Below, piece after piece: positions 1 through 15,300 of a stretch of 64,000 nucleotides of DNA; within the stretch, counting starts at the first letter, position 1; every line of letters begins with the position of its first letter. The position numbers and the translations under genes are program-made. This DNA is from Eledone cirrhosa (Eukaryota), in contig OZ024742.1 of NCBI GenBank assembly GCA_964016885.1, positions 163,308,001 through 163,372,000 on the forward strand. Direction: 5' to 3'. Under the pieces are notes generated by a model, which did not search any database, was not told the DNA's origin, and worked only from the letters and a program-made list of their open reading frames with translations.

Positions 1-3000
1 TTTCGGAACTTTATGTATTTTTAGGAATTTTAGGAATTTTAGGAATTTTATGAATTTTGGTAATTTTAGGAATTTTAAGAATTTTAGGAATTTTAGGAAT
101 TTTTTGGAATTTTAGGAATTTTAGGAATTTTTAGGAATTTTATGAATTTTATGAATTTTCTGAATGTTATGAATTTTATGAATTTTATGAATCTTAGGAA
201 TTTTAGGATTTTTATGAATTTTTGGAACTTTAGGAATTTTAGGAATTTTAGGAATTTTTGGAATTTATGAATTTTATGAATTTGAGGAATTTGAGGACTT
301 TCATGAATTTTAAGAATTTTAGGAATTTTAGGAATTTTTAGGAATTTTCTGAATTTTCTGAATTATATAAATTTTAGGAATTTTAGGAATCTTAGGAATT
401 TTAGGAATTTTAGGAATTTTATGAATTTTATGAATTTTTGGAATTTTAGGAATTTTAGGAATTTTAGGAATTTTTGGAATTTTAGGAATTTTAGGAATTT
501 TAAGAATTTTAGGAATTTCGATGAATTTTTTTGAATTTTCGGAATTTTATGTATTTTTAGGAATTTTAGGAATTTTAGGAATTTTAGGAATTTTTCCGAA
601 TTTTCGTAATTTTATGAATTTTTATGAATTTTAGGAATTTTATGAATTTTATGAATTTTACAATTTTACGAATTTTAATTTAAGGAATTTTATAAATTTT
701 ATGAATTTTATGAATTTTATGAATTTTAGGAATTTTAGGAATTTAGGAATTTTAGGAATTTCTATGAATTTTAGGAATTTTAAGAATTTTTTTGAATTTT
801 TTGAATTTTATGAATTTTTAGGAATTTTCTGAATTTTATGAATTATATAGATTTTAGGAATTTTTTGGAATTTTTGGAATTTTCGGAATTTTCGGAATTT
901 TAAGGAATTTTAGGAATTTTATGAATTTTATGAATTTTATGAACTTTATAAATTTTAGGATTTTTATGAATTTTTGGAATTTTAGGAATTTTAGGAATTT
1001 TTTAAATTTTAGGAATTTTAGGAATTTTAGGAATTTTTATGTATTTTAGGAATTTTAGCAAGTTTATGAATTCTATGAATTTTAGGAATTTCATGAATTT
1101 TATGAATTTTAGGAATTTAGGAATTTTAGGAATTTTGAGGAATTTTTTTGAATTTTCGGAATTTTATGTATTTTTAGGAATTTTAGGAATTTTAGGAATT
1201 TTATGAATGTTATTAATTTTATGAATTTTAGGAATTTTAGGAATTTTAGGAATTTTAGGAATTTTATGAATTTTATGAATTTTACGAATTTTAGAAATGT
1301 TATGAATTTTAGGAATTTTAGGAATTTTAGGAATTTTAGGAATTTTAGGAATTTTACAATTTTACGAATTTTAGTAATTTTAGGAATTTTAGGAATTTTA
1401 TGAATTTATGAATTTTAGGAATTTTAGGAATTTTAGGAATTTTATGAATTTTATGAATTTTTGGAATTTTAGAAATTTTGAGTAATTTTTTTGAATTTTC
1501 GGAATTTTATGTATTTTTAGGAATTTTAGGAATTTTAGGAATTTTAGGAATTTTTGGAATTTTAGGAATTTTAGGAATTTTATGAATGTTATGAATTTTA
1601 TGAATTTTTGGAATTTTATGAATTTTATGAATTTTAGAAATGTTATGAATTTTAGGAATTTTAGGAATTTTAGGAATTTTAAGAATTTTAGGAATTTTAG
1701 GAATTTTATGAAATTTAGGAATTTTAAGAATTTTATTAATTTTATGAATTTTTAGGAATTTTAGGAATTTTAGGAATTTTAGGAATTTTAGGAATTTCTA
1801 TGAATTTTAGGAATTTTATGAATTTTATGAAATTCAAGAATTTTAGGAATTTTTTGAATGTTTTGAATTTTAGGAATTTTAGGAATTTTTCCGAATTTTC
1901 GTAATTTTATGAATTTTTAGGAATTTTAGGAATTTTTGAAATTTTATGAATTTTATGAATTTTATGAATTTTAGGAATTTAGGAATTTTAGGAATTTTAG
2001 GAATTTTAGAAATTTAAGGAATTTTTTGAATTTTAGGAATTTTAGGAATTTTAGGAATTTCTATGAATTTTAGGAATTTTAGGAATTTTAGGAATTTTAA
2101 AAATTTTAGGAATTTTATGAACTTTTGGAATTTTAGGAATTTTGAGGAATTTTTTTGAATTTTTGAATTTTATGTATTTTCAGGAATTTTAGGAATTTTA
2201 TGAATTTTATGAATTTTAGGAATTTTAGGAATTTTAGTAATTTTAGGAATTTTAAGAATTTTATGAATTTTAGGAATTTTAGGATTTTTATGAATTTTTG
2301 GAATTTTAGGAATTTTAGGAATTTTAGGAATTTTAGGAATTTTAGTAATTTTAGGAATTTTAGGAATTTTAGGAATATTAGAAATTTTTGGAATATTAGG
2401 ATTTATGAATTTTAAGAATTTTAGGAATTTTGAGGTATTTTTTTGAATTTTCGGAATTTTATGTATTTTTAGGAATTTTATGAATTTTAGGAATTTTAGG
2501 AATTTTAGGAATTTTTGGAATTTTAGGAATTTTATGAATTTTAAGAATTTTAGGAATTTCGAGGAATTTTTTTGAATTTTCGGAATTTTATGTATTTTTA
2601 GGAATTTTATGAATTTTATGAATTTTAGGAATTTTAGGAATTTTATGAATTTTAGTAATTTTAGGAATTTTAAGAATTTTAGGAATTTTAGGAATTTTAG
2701 GATTTTTATGAATTTTTGGAATTTTAGGAATTTTAGGAATTTTAGGAATTTTAGGAATTTTAGGAATTTTAGGAATTTTAGTAATTTTAGGAATTTTCGT
2801 AATTTTATTAATTTTTAGGAATTTTAGGAATTTTAGGAATTTTAGGAATTTTAGGAATTTTAGGAATTTTAGGAATTTTAGGAATTTTTCATAAAAATGA
2901 ATTTTAGGAATTTTAGGAATTTTAGGAATTTTAAGAATTTTAGGAATTTTAGGAATTTTATGAAATTTAGGAATTTTAAGAATTTTAGGAATTTTATGAA

Positions 3001-6000
3001 TTTTTAGGAATTTTAGGAATTTTAGGAATTTTTCCGAATTTTCGTAATTTTAGGAATTTTTAGGAATTTTATGAATTTTATGAATTTTATGAATTTTATG
3101 AATTTTATGAATTTTATGAATTTTTGGAATTTTTGGAATTTTAGGAATTTTAAGAATTTTAGGAATTTCGAGGAATTTTTTTGAATTTTCGGAATTTTAT
3201 GTATTTTTAGGAATTTTAGGAATTTTAGGAATTTTAGGAATTTTATGAATTTTAGTAATTTTAGGAATTTCGAGGAATTTTTTTGAATTTTCGGAATTTT
3301 ATGTATTTTTAGGAATTTTAGGAATTTTAGGAATTTTAGGAATTTGGGGAATTTTAGGAATTTTTTGGAATTTTAGGAATTTTATGAATTTTAAGAATTT
3401 TAGGAATTTCGAGGAATTTTTTGAATTTTCGGAATTTTATGTATTTTTAGGAATTTTAGGAATTTTATGAATTTTAGGAATTTTAGGAATTTTATGAATT
3501 TTAGTAATTTTAGGAATTTTAAGAATTTTAGGAATTTTAGGAATTTTAGGATTTTTATGAATTTTTGGAATTTTAGGAATTTTAGGAATTTTAGGAATTT
3601 TAGGAATTTTATGAATTTTAGTAATTTTAGGAATTTTAGGAATTTTAGGAATTTTTGGAATTTTAGGAATTTTATGAATTTTAAGAATTTTAGGAATTTC
3701 GAGGAATTTTTTTGAATCTTCGGAATTTTATGTATTTTTAGGAATTTTAGGAATTTTATGAATTTTATGAATTTTAGGAATTTTATGAATTTTAGTAATT
3801 TTAGGGATTTTAAGAATTTTAGGAATTTTAGGAATTTTAGGAATTTTAGGAATTTTAGGAATTTTAGGAATTTTAGGAATTTTAGAAATTTTTGGAATAT
3901 TAGGATTTATGAATTTTAAGAATTTTAGGAATTTTGAGGAATTTTTTTGAATCTTCGGAATTTTATGTATTTTTAGGAATTTTAGGAATTTTAGGAATTT
4001 TAGGAATTTTAGGAATTTTATGAATTTTAGGAATTCTAGGAATTTTAGGAATTTAAGGAATTTTTTGAATTTTAGGAATTTTAGGAATTTTAGGAATTTT
4101 AGGAATTTCTATGAATTTTAGGAATTTTATGAATTTTATGAAATTCAAGAATTTTAGGAATTTTTTGAATTTTTTGAATTTTAGGAATTTTAGGAATTTT
4201 TCCGAATTTTCGTAATTTTATGAATTTTTTTGAATTTTCGGAATTTTATGTATTTTTAGGAATTTTAGGAATTTTAGGAATTTTAGGAATTTTACAATTT
4301 TACGAATTTTAGTAATTTTAGGAATTTTAGGAATTTTATGAATTTAGGAATTTTAGGAATTTTAGGAATTTTAGGAATTTTAGTAATTTTAGGAATTTTA
4401 AGAATTTTAGGAATTTTAGGAATTTTTTGGAATTTTAGGAATTTTAGGAATTTTATGAATGTTATTAATTTTATGAATTTTATGAATTTCAGGAATTTTA
4501 GGATTTTTATGAATTTTTGGAATTTTAGGAATTTTAGGAATTTTAAGAATTTTATGAATTTTATGAATTTTATGAATTTTTCGAATTTTAGAAATGTTAT
4601 GAATTTTAGGAATTTTAGGAATTTTAGGAATTTTAGGAATTTTAAGAATTTTAGGAATTTTAGGAATTTTTCTGAATTTTTTGAATTTTATGAATTTTTA
4701 GTAATTTTCTGAATTATATAAATTTTAGGAATTTTAGGAATCTTATGAATTTTATGAATTTTATGAATTTTAGTAATTTTAGGAATTTTAAGGATTTTAT
4801 GAATTTTAGGAATTTTTTGGAATTTTTGGAATTTTCGGAATTTTAGAAATTTTTAGGAATTTTAGGAATTTTATGAATTTTATGAATTTTATGAATTTTA
4901 GGAATTTTAGGAATTTTAGGAATTTTAGGAATTTTATGAATTTTTATGTATTTTAGGATTTATAGGAATTTTATGAATTTTATAAATTTTATGAATTTTA
5001 TGAATTTTCGGAATTTTATGAATTTTAGGAATTTTAGGAATTTTAGGAATTTCTATGAATTTTAGGAATTTTAAGAATTTTTTTGAATTTTTTGAATTTT
5101 ATGAATTTTTAGGAATTTTCTGAATTTTATGAATTATATAAATTTTAGGAATCTTAGGAATCTTAGGAATTTTAGGAATTTATGGAATTTTAGGAATTTT
5201 GAGGAATTTTTTTGAATTTTGGGAATTTTATGTATTTTTAGGAATTTTAGGAATTTTAGGAATTTTTGGAATTTTAGGAATTTTATGAATTTTATGAATT
5301 TTATGAATTTTTATGAATTTTAGGAATTTTATGAATTTTATGAATTTTACAATTTTACGAATTTTAATTTTAGGAATTTTATAAATTTTATGAATTTTAT
5401 GAATTTTCGGAATATTATGTATTTTTAGGAATTTTAGGAATTTTATGAATTTTTATGTATTTTAGGATTTATAGGAATTTTATGAATTTTATAAATTTTA
5501 TGAATTTTATGAATTTTCGGAATTTTATGAATTTTAGGAATTTAGGAATTTTAGGAATTTCTATGAATTTTAGGAATTTTAAGAATTTTTTTGAATTTTT
5601 TGAATTTTATGAATTTTTAGGAATTTTCTGAATTTTATGAATTATATAAATTTTAGGAATTTTTTGGAATTTTTGGAATTTTCGGAATTTTCGGAATTTT
5701 AAGGAATTTTAGGAATTTTATGAATTTTATGAATTTTATGAACTTTATGAATTTTAGGATTTTTATGAATTTTTGGAATTTTATGAATTTTAGGAATTTT
5801 TTAAATTTTAGGAATTTTAGGAATTTTAGGAATTTTTATGTATTTTAGGAATTTTAGCAAGTTTATGAATTCTATGAATTTTAGGAATTTTATGAATTTT
5901 ATGAATTTTAGGAATTTAGGAATTTTAGGAATTTTGAGGAATTTTTTTGAATTTTCGGAATTTTATGTATTTTTAGGAATTTTAGGAATTTTAGGAATTT

Positions 6001-9000
6001 TATGAATGTTATTAATTTTATGAATTTTAGGAATTTTAGGAATTTTAGGAATTTTAAGAATTATAGGAATTTTAGGAATTTTAGGAATTTTAAGAATTTT
6101 AGGAATTTTAGGAAATTTAGGAATATTTTGAATTTCTTGGAATTTTATGAATTTTTATGAATTTTATGAATTTTATGAATTTTTGGAATTTTAGGAATTT
6201 TAGGAATCTTAGGAATTTTATGAACTTATTGAATTTTAGGAATTTTAATTTTATGAATTTTTGGAATTTGAGGAATTTTAGGAATTTTATGAATTTTAGG
6301 AATTTTACGAATTTTAGGAATTTTATAAATTTTAGGAATTTTAGGAATTTTATGAATTATATAAATTTTAGGAATTTTAGGAATCTTAGGAATTTTATGA
6401 ATTTTATAAATTTTATGAATTTTATGAATTTTAGGAATTTTAGGAATTTTATGAATCTTAGGAATTTTAAGAATTTTAGGAATTTTAGGAATTTTATGAA
6501 TTATATAAATTTTAGGAATTTTAGGAATCTTAGGAATTTTAGGAATTTTATAAATTTTATGAATTTTAGGAATTTTATGAATTTTATGAATTTTATGAAT
6601 TTTAGTAATTTTAAGAATTTTAGGAATTTTAGGAATCTTAGGAATTTTAGGAATTTTAGGAATTTTATGAAATTCAAGAATTTTAGGAATTTTTTGAATT
6701 TCTTGAATTTTCGGAATTTTAGTAATTTTTTGGAATTTTTGTAATTTTATGAATTTTTATGAATTTTATGAATTTTATGAATTTTATGAATTTTATGAAT
6801 TTTATGAATTTTATAAATTCTATGAATTTTATAAATTTTATGAATTTTATGAATTTTAGGAATTTTAGGAATTTTAATAATTTTAGGAATTTTAGGAATT
6901 TTTGGAATTTTGGGAATTTTAGGAATTTTAGGGATTTTAGGAATTTTAAGAATTTTAGGAATTTTAGGAATCTTAGGAATTTTAGGAATTTTATAAATTT
7001 TATGAATTTTATTAATTTTAGGAATTTTAGGAATTTTATGAATTTTAGTAATTTTAGGAATTTTAGGAATTTTAGGAATCTTAGGAATTTTAGGAATTTT
7101 AGGAATTTTATGAAATTCAAGAATTTTAGGAATTTTTTGAATTTCTTGAATTTTCGGAATTTTAGTAATTTTTTGGAATTTTTGTAATTTTATGAATTTT
7201 TATGAATTTTATGAATTTTATGAATTTTATGAATTTTATGAATTTTATGAATTTTATAAATTCTATGAATTTTATAAATTTTATGAATTTTATGAATTTT
7301 ATGAATTTTTAGGAATTTTCTGGATTTTCTGAATAATATAAATTTTAGGAATCTTAGGAATTTTAGGAATTTTAGGAATTTTATGAAATTCAAGAATTTT
7401 AGGAATTTTTTGAATTTTATGAATTTTAGTAATTTTTTGGAATTTTCGTAATTTTATGAATTTTTATGAATTTTATGAATTTTATGAATTTTATGAATTT
7501 TATGAATTTTAGGAATTTTAGGAATTTTATGAATTTTATGAATTTTATAAATTTTATGAATTTTATGAATTTTAGGAATTTTAGGAATTTTAATAATTTT
7601 AGGAATTTTAGGAATTTTGGGAATTTTGGGAATTTTAGGAATTTTAGGAATTTTAGGAATTTTAGGAATTTTACGAATTTTAGTAATTTTAGGAATTTTA
7701 TAAATTTTACGAATTTTAGGAATTTTATGAATTATATAAATTTTAGGAATCTTAGGAATTTTATGAATTTTATAAATTTTAGGAATTTTATGAATTTTAG
7801 GAATTTTAGGAATTTTAATAATTTTAGGAATTTTAGGAATTTTTGGAATTTTGGGAATTTTAGGAATTTTAGGAATTTTAGGAATTTTAAGAATTTTAAG
7901 AATTTTAGGAATTTTATGAATTTTAGGAATTTTAAGAATTTTAGGAATTTTAGGAAATTTAGGAATTTTTTGAATTTCTTGGAATTTTATGAATTTTTAT
8001 GAATTTTATGAATTTTATGAATCTTATGAATGTTATGAATTTTTGGAATTTTAGGAATTGTAGGAATCTTAGGAATTTTATGAATTTTATGAATTTTATG
8101 AAATTTAAAATTTTACGAATTTTATTAATTTTAGGAATTTTATAAATTTTATGAATTTTATGAATTTTAGGAATTTTAGGAATTTTATGAATTTTAGGAA
8201 TTTTAAGAATTTTAGGAATTTTATGAATTTTATGAATTATATAAATTTTAGGAATTTTTTGAATTTCTTGGAATTTTATGAATTTTTATGAATTTTATGA
8301 ATTTTATGAATTTTATGAATTTTTGGAATTTTAGGAATTTTTAGGAATTTTATGTATTTCATGAATTTTATGAAATTTTATGAATTTTCTGAATTTTATG
8401 AATTATATAAATTTTAGGAATTTTAGGAATTTTATGAAATTCAAGAATTTTAGGAATTTTAGGAATTTTTTGGAATTTTAGTAATTTTTCTGGAATTTTC
8501 GTAATTTTTTCAATTTTTATGAATTTTATGAATTTTATGAATTTTATGAATTTTAGGAATTTTATGAATTTTAAGAATTTTAGGAATTTTAGGAATTTTT
8601 TGAATTTCTTGGAATTTTATGAATTTTTATGAATTTTATGAATTTTATGAATTTTATGAATTTTTGGAATTTTAGGAATTTTAGGAATCTTAGGAATTTT
8701 ATGAACTTTTTGAATTTTAGGAATTTTATTAATTTTATGAATTTTTGGAATTTGAGGAATTTTTTGGAATTTTATGAATTTTAGGAATTTTACGAATTTT
8801 AGTAATTATATAAATTTTAGGAATTTTAGGAATCTTAGGAATTTTAGGAATTTTATAAATTTTATGAATTTTATGAATTTTAGGAATTTTAGGAATTTTA
8901 TGAATTTTAGGAATTTTAAGAATTTTAGGAATTTTAGGAATTTTATGAATTATATAAATTTTAGGAATTTTTTGAATTTCTTGGAATTTTATGAATTTTT

Positions 9001-10134
9001 ATGAATTTTATGAATTTTATGAATTTTATGAATTTTTGGAATTTTAGGAATTTTTAGGAATTTTATGTATTTCATGAATTTTATGAATTTTTATGAATTT
9101 TCTGAATTTTATGAATTATATAAATTTTAGGAATTTTAGGAATCTTAGGAACTTTAGGAATTTTAGGAATTTTATGAAATTCAAGAATTTTAGGAATTTT
9201 TTGAATTTCTTGAATTTTAGGAATTTTAGTAATTTTTCTGGAATTTTCGTAATTTTTTGAATTTTTATGAATTTTAAGAATTTTAGGAATTTTAGGAATT
9301 TTTTGAATTTCTTGGAATTTTATGAATTTTTATGAATTTTATGAATTTTATGAATTTTATGAATTTTTGGAATTTTAGGAATTTTAGGAATCTTAGGAAT
9401 TTTATGAACTTTTTGAATTTTAGGAATTTTATTAATTTTATGAATTTTTGGAATTTGAGGAATTTTTTGGAATTTTATGAATTTTAGGAATTTTACGAAT
9501 TTTAGTAATTTTACGAATTTTATAAATTTTCGGAATTTTAGGAATTTTATGAATTATAAATTTTAGGAATTTTAGGAATCTTAGGAATTTTAGGAATTTT
9601 ATGAATTTTATGAAACTTAAAATTTTACGAATTTTAGTAATTTTATGAATTTTATAAATTTTATGAATTTTATGAATTTTAGTAATTTTAGGAATTTTAG
9701 GAATTTAGGAATTTTAGGAATTTTAGGAATTTTAGGAATTTTAGGAATTTTAGGAATTTTAGGAATTTTAAGAATTTTAGGAATTTTAGGAATTTTGGGA
9801 ATTTTAGGAATTTTTTGAATTTCTTGGAATTTTATGAATTTTTATGAATTTTATGAATTTCATGAATTTTATGAATTTTTAGGAATTTTCTGAATTTTCT
9901 GAATTATATAAATTTTAGGAATCTTAGGAATTTTAGGAATTTTAGGAATTTTATGAAATTCAAGAATTTTAGGAATTTTTTGAATTTTATGAATTTTATG
10001 AATTTTATGAATTTTATGAATTTTATGAATTTTATGAATTTTGTAAATTTTATGAATTTTATGAATTTTATGAATTTTATGAATTTTATGAATTTTATGA
10101 ATTTTATGAATTTTAGGAATTTTGTAAATTTTAT

Positions 10135-12345
10135 GAATTTTATGAATTTTATGAATTTTTGGAATTTTAGGAATTTTAGGAATCTTAGGAATTTTATGAA
10201 CTTTTTGAATTTTAGGAATTTTAATTTTATGAATTTTTGGAATTTGAGGAATTTTAGGAATTTTAGGAATTTTAGGAATTTTACGAATTTTAGTAATTTT
10301 AGGAATTTTATAAATTTTAGGAATTTTAGGAATTTTATGAATTATATAAATTTTAGGAATTTTAGGAATCTTAGGAATTTTATGAATTTTATAAATTTTA
10401 TGAATTTTATGAATTTTAGTAATTTTAGGAATTTTAATAATTTTAGGAATTTTAGGAATTTTTGGAATTTTGGGAATTTTAGGAATTTTAGGAATTTTAG
10501 GAATTTTAAGAATTTTATGAATTTTAGGAATTTTAGGAAATTTAGGAATTTTTTGAATTTCTTTGAATTTTATGAATTTTTATGAATTTTATGAATTTTA
10601 TGAATTTTATGAATTTTATGAATTTTTGGAATTTTAGGAATTTTAGGAATCTTAGGAATTTTATGAACTTTTTGAATTTTAGGAATTTTAATTTTATGAA
10701 TTTTTGGAATTTGTGGAATTTTAGGAATTTTATGAATTTTAGGAATTTTACGAATTTTAGTAATTTTAGGAATTTTAGGAATTTTATGAATTATATAAAT
10801 TTTAGGAATTTTAGGAATCTTAGGAATTTTATGAATTTTATGAATTTTATGAAATTTAAGAATCTTAGGCATTTTTTGAATTTTTTGAATTTTAGGAATT
10901 TTAGGAATTTTTCCGAATTTTCGTAATTTTATGAATTTTTATGAATTTTATGAATTTTATGAAATTTAAAATTTTACTAATTTTAGTAATTTTAGGAATT
11001 TTATAAATTTTAGGAATTTTAGGAATTTTAGGAATTTTAGGAATTTTAGGAATTTAGGAATTTTAGGAATTTTAGGAATTTTAGGAATTTAAGGAATTTT
11101 TTGAATTTTAAGAATTTTAAGAATTTTAGGAATTTTATGAATTTTAGGAATTTTAAGAATTTTAGGAATTTTAGGAAATTTAGGAATTTTTTGAATTTCT
11201 TGGAATTTTATGAATTTTTATGAATTTTATGAATTTTAGGAATTTTATGAATTTTATGAATTTTTGGAATTTTAGGAATTTTAGGAATCTTAGGAATTTT
11301 ATGAACTTTTTGAATTTTAGGAATTTTAATTTTATGAATTTTTGGAATTTGAGGAATTTTAGGAATTTTAGGAATTTTAGGAATTTTACGAATTTTAGTA
11401 ATTTTAGGAATTTTATAAATTTTAGGAATTTTAGGAATTTTATGAATTATATAAATTTTAGGAATTTTAGGAATCTTAGGAATTTTATGAATTTTATAAA
11501 TTTTATGAATTTTATGAATTTTAGTAATTTTAGGAATTTTAATAATTTTAGGAATTTTAGGAATTTTTGGAATTTTGGGAATTTTAGGAATTTTAGGAAT
11601 TTTAGGAATTTTAAGAATTTTATGAATTTTAGGAATTTTAGGAAATTTAGGAATTTTTTGAATTTCTTTGAATTTTATGAATTTTTATGAATTTTATGAA
11701 TTTTATGAATTTTATGAATTTTATGAATTTTTGGAATTTTAGGAATTTTAGGAATCTTAGGAATTTTATGAACTTTTTGAATTTTAGGAATTTTAATTTT
11801 ATGAATTTTTGGAATTTGTGGAATTTTAGGAATTTTATGAATTTTAGGAATTTTACGAATTTTAGTAATTTTAGTAATTTTAGGAATTTTATGAATTATA
11901 TAAATTTTAGGAATTTTAGGAATCTTAGAAATTTTAGGAATTTTATGAATTTTATGAAATTTAAGAATCTTAGGCATTTTTTGAATTTTTTGAATTTTAG
12001 GAATTTTAGGAATTTTTCCGAATTTTCGTAATTTTATGAATTTTTATGAATTTTATGAATTTTATGAAATTTAAAATTTTACTAATTTTAGTAATTTTAG
12101 GAATTTTATAAATTTTAGGAATTTTAGGAATTTTAGGAATTTTAGGAATTTTAGGAATTTAGGAATTTTAGGAATTTTAGGAATTTTAGGAATTTAAGGA
12201 ATTTTTTGAATTTTAAGAATTTTAAGAATTTTAGGAATTTTATGAATTTTAGGAATTTTAAGAATTTTAGGAATTTTAGGAAATTTAGGAATTTTTTGAA
12301 TTTCTTGGAATTTTATGAATTTTTATGAATTTTATGAATTTTATG
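10135..12345 (+). repeat. Tandem higher-order duplication, ~1105-bp period, two copies
   Basis: Rare variants recur at +1105: AATCTTAGGCATTTTTTG at 10861 and 11966, and the C of TTCTTTGAA at 10561 and 11666. Near-identical ORFs start at 10582 and 11687. Confidence 0.9.
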
Positions 12346-15300
12346 AATTTTATGAATTTTATGAATTTTTGGAATTTTAGGAATTGTAGGAATCTTAGGA
12401 ATTTTATGAATTTTATGAATTTTATGAAATTTAAAATTTTACGAATTTTATTAATTTTAGGAATTTTATAAATTTCAGGAATTTTAGGAATTTTAGGAAT
12501 TTTAGGAATTTTAGGAATTTAGGAATTTTAGGAATTTTAGGAATTTTAGGGATTTCTATGAATTTTAGGAATTTTTGGAATTTTAGGAATTTTAGGAATT
12601 TTATGAATTTTTTGGAATTTTCAGAATTTTATGAATTTTTATGAATTTTATGAATTTTAGTAATTTTATGAATTTTATGAATTTTATGAATTTTAAGGAA
12701 TTTTAGGAATTTTATGAATTTTAGGATTTTTATGAATTTTTTGAATTTTAGGAATTTTAGGAATTTTAGGAATTTTAGGAATTTTATGAATTTTTGGAAT
12801 TTTAGGAATTTTAGGAATTTTAGGAATTTTTGGAATTTTATGAATTTTATGAATTTTTGGAATTTTAGGAATTTTAGGAATTTTAGGAATTTTAAGAATT
12901 TTATAAATTTTAGGAATTTTAGGAATTTTATAAATTTTAGGAATTTTAGGAATTTTATGAATTATATAAATTTTAGGAATTTTAGGTATCTTAGGAATTT
13001 TAGGAATTTTATGAATTTTATGAAATTAAAGAATCTTAGGTATTTTTTGAATTTTTTGAATTTTAGGAATTTTAGGAATTTTTCCGGATTTTCGTAATTT
13101 TATGAATTTTTAGGAATTTTTATGAATTTTATGAATTTTATGAAATTTAAAATTTTACTAATTTTAGTAATTTTAGGAATTTTATAAATTTTAGGAATTT
13201 TAGGAAATTTAGGAATTTTAGGAATTTTAGGAATTTTAGGAATTTAGGAATTTTAGGAATTTTAGGAATTATAGGAATTTAAGGAATTTTTTGAATTTTA
13301 GGAATTTTAGTAATTTCTATGAATTTTAGGAATTTTAGGAATTTTAGGAATTTTAAGAATATTATGAATTTTATGAATTTTCGGAATTTTATGAATTTTA
13401 GTAATTTTAGGAATTTTAGGAATTTTAGGAATTTTATGAATTTTATGAATTTTATGAATTTTAGGATTTTTAGGAATTTTTTGAATTTTAGGAATTTTAT
13501 GAATTTTATGAATTTTAAGAATTTTTGGAATTTTAGGAATTTTAGGAATTTTAGGAATTTTTAGGAATTTTATGAATTTTATGAATCTTATGAATTTTTG
13601 GAATTTTTGGAATTTTAGGAATTTTAGCAATTTTTTAGGAATTTTAGGAATTTTAGGAATTTTAGGAATTTTAGGAATTTTAGGAATTTTTTGTAATTTT
13701 CAGAATTTTATGAATTTTTATGAATTTTATGAATTTTAGTAATTTTATGAATTTTATGAATTTTATGAATTTTAAGGAATTTTAGGAATTTTATGAATTT
13801 TAGGATTTTTATGAATTTTTTGAATTTTATGAATTTTATGAATTTTGGGAATTTTAGGAATTTTAGGAATTTTAGGAATTTTTGGAATTTTATGAATTTT
13901 ATAAATTTTTGGAATTTTAGGAATTTTAGGAATTTTAGGAATTTTCAGAATTTTCGGAATTTTAGTAATTTTTTGGAATTTTAGGAATTTTATGAATTTT
14001 TATGAATTTTATGAATTTTATCAATTTTATGAATTTCATGAATTTTATGAATTTTATGAATTTTAGGAATTTTAATAATTTTTGGAATTTTAGGAATTTT
14101 CGGAATTTTAGGAATTTTTTGAATTTCTTGGAATTTTATGAATTTTTATGAATTTTATGAATTTTATGAATTTTATGAATTTTTAGGAATTTTCTGAATT
14201 TTCTGAATTATATAAATTTTAGGAATCTTAAGAATTTTAGGAATTTTAGGAATTTTATGAAATTCAAGAATTTTAGGAATTTTTTGAATTTTATGAATTT
14301 TAGTAATTTTTTGGAATTTTCGTAATTTTATGAATTTTTATAAATTTTATGAATTTTATGAATTTTATGAATTTTATGAATTTTATGAATTTTAGGAATT
14401 TTAGGAATTTTAAGAATTTTAGGAATTTTAGGAAATTTAGGAATTTTTTGAATTTCTTGGAATTTTATGAATTTTTATGAATTTTATGAATTTTATGAAT
14501 TTTATGAATTTTATGAATTTTTGGAATTTTAGGAATTGTAGGAATCTTAGGAATTTTATGAATTTTATGAATTTTATGAAATTTAAAATTTTACGAATTT
14601 TATTAATTTTAGGAATTTTATAAATTTCAGGAATTTTAGGAATTTTAGGAATTTTAGGAATTTTAGGAATTTAGGAATTTTAGGAATTTTAGGAATTTTA
14701 GGGATTTCTATGAATTTTAGGAATTTTTGGAATTTTAGGAATTTTAGGAATTTTATGAATTTTTTGGAATTTTCAGAATTTTATGAATTTTTATGAATTT
14801 TATGAATTTTAGTAATTTTATGAATTTTAGGAATTTTATGAATTTTAAGGAATTTTAGGAATTTTATGAATTTTAGGATTTTTATGAATTTTTTGAATTT
14901 TAGGAATTTTAGGAATTTTAGGAATTTTAGGAATTTTAGGAATTTTATGAATTTTTGGAATTTTAGGAATTTTAGGAATTTTAGGAATTTTTGGAATTTT
15001 ATGAATTTTATGAATTTTTGGAATTTTAGGAATTTTAGGAATTTTAGGAATTTTAAGAATTTTATAAATTTTAGGAATTTTAGGAATTTTATAAATTTTA
15101 GGAATTTTAGGAATTTTATGAATTATATAAATTTTAGGAATTTTAGGTATCTTAGGAATTTTAGGAATTTTATGAATTTTATGAAATTAAAGAATCTTAG
15201 GTATTTTTTGAATTTTTTGAATTTTAGGAATTTTAGGAATTTTTCCGGATTTTCGTAATTTTATGAATTTTTAGGAATTTTTATGAATTTTATGAATTTT

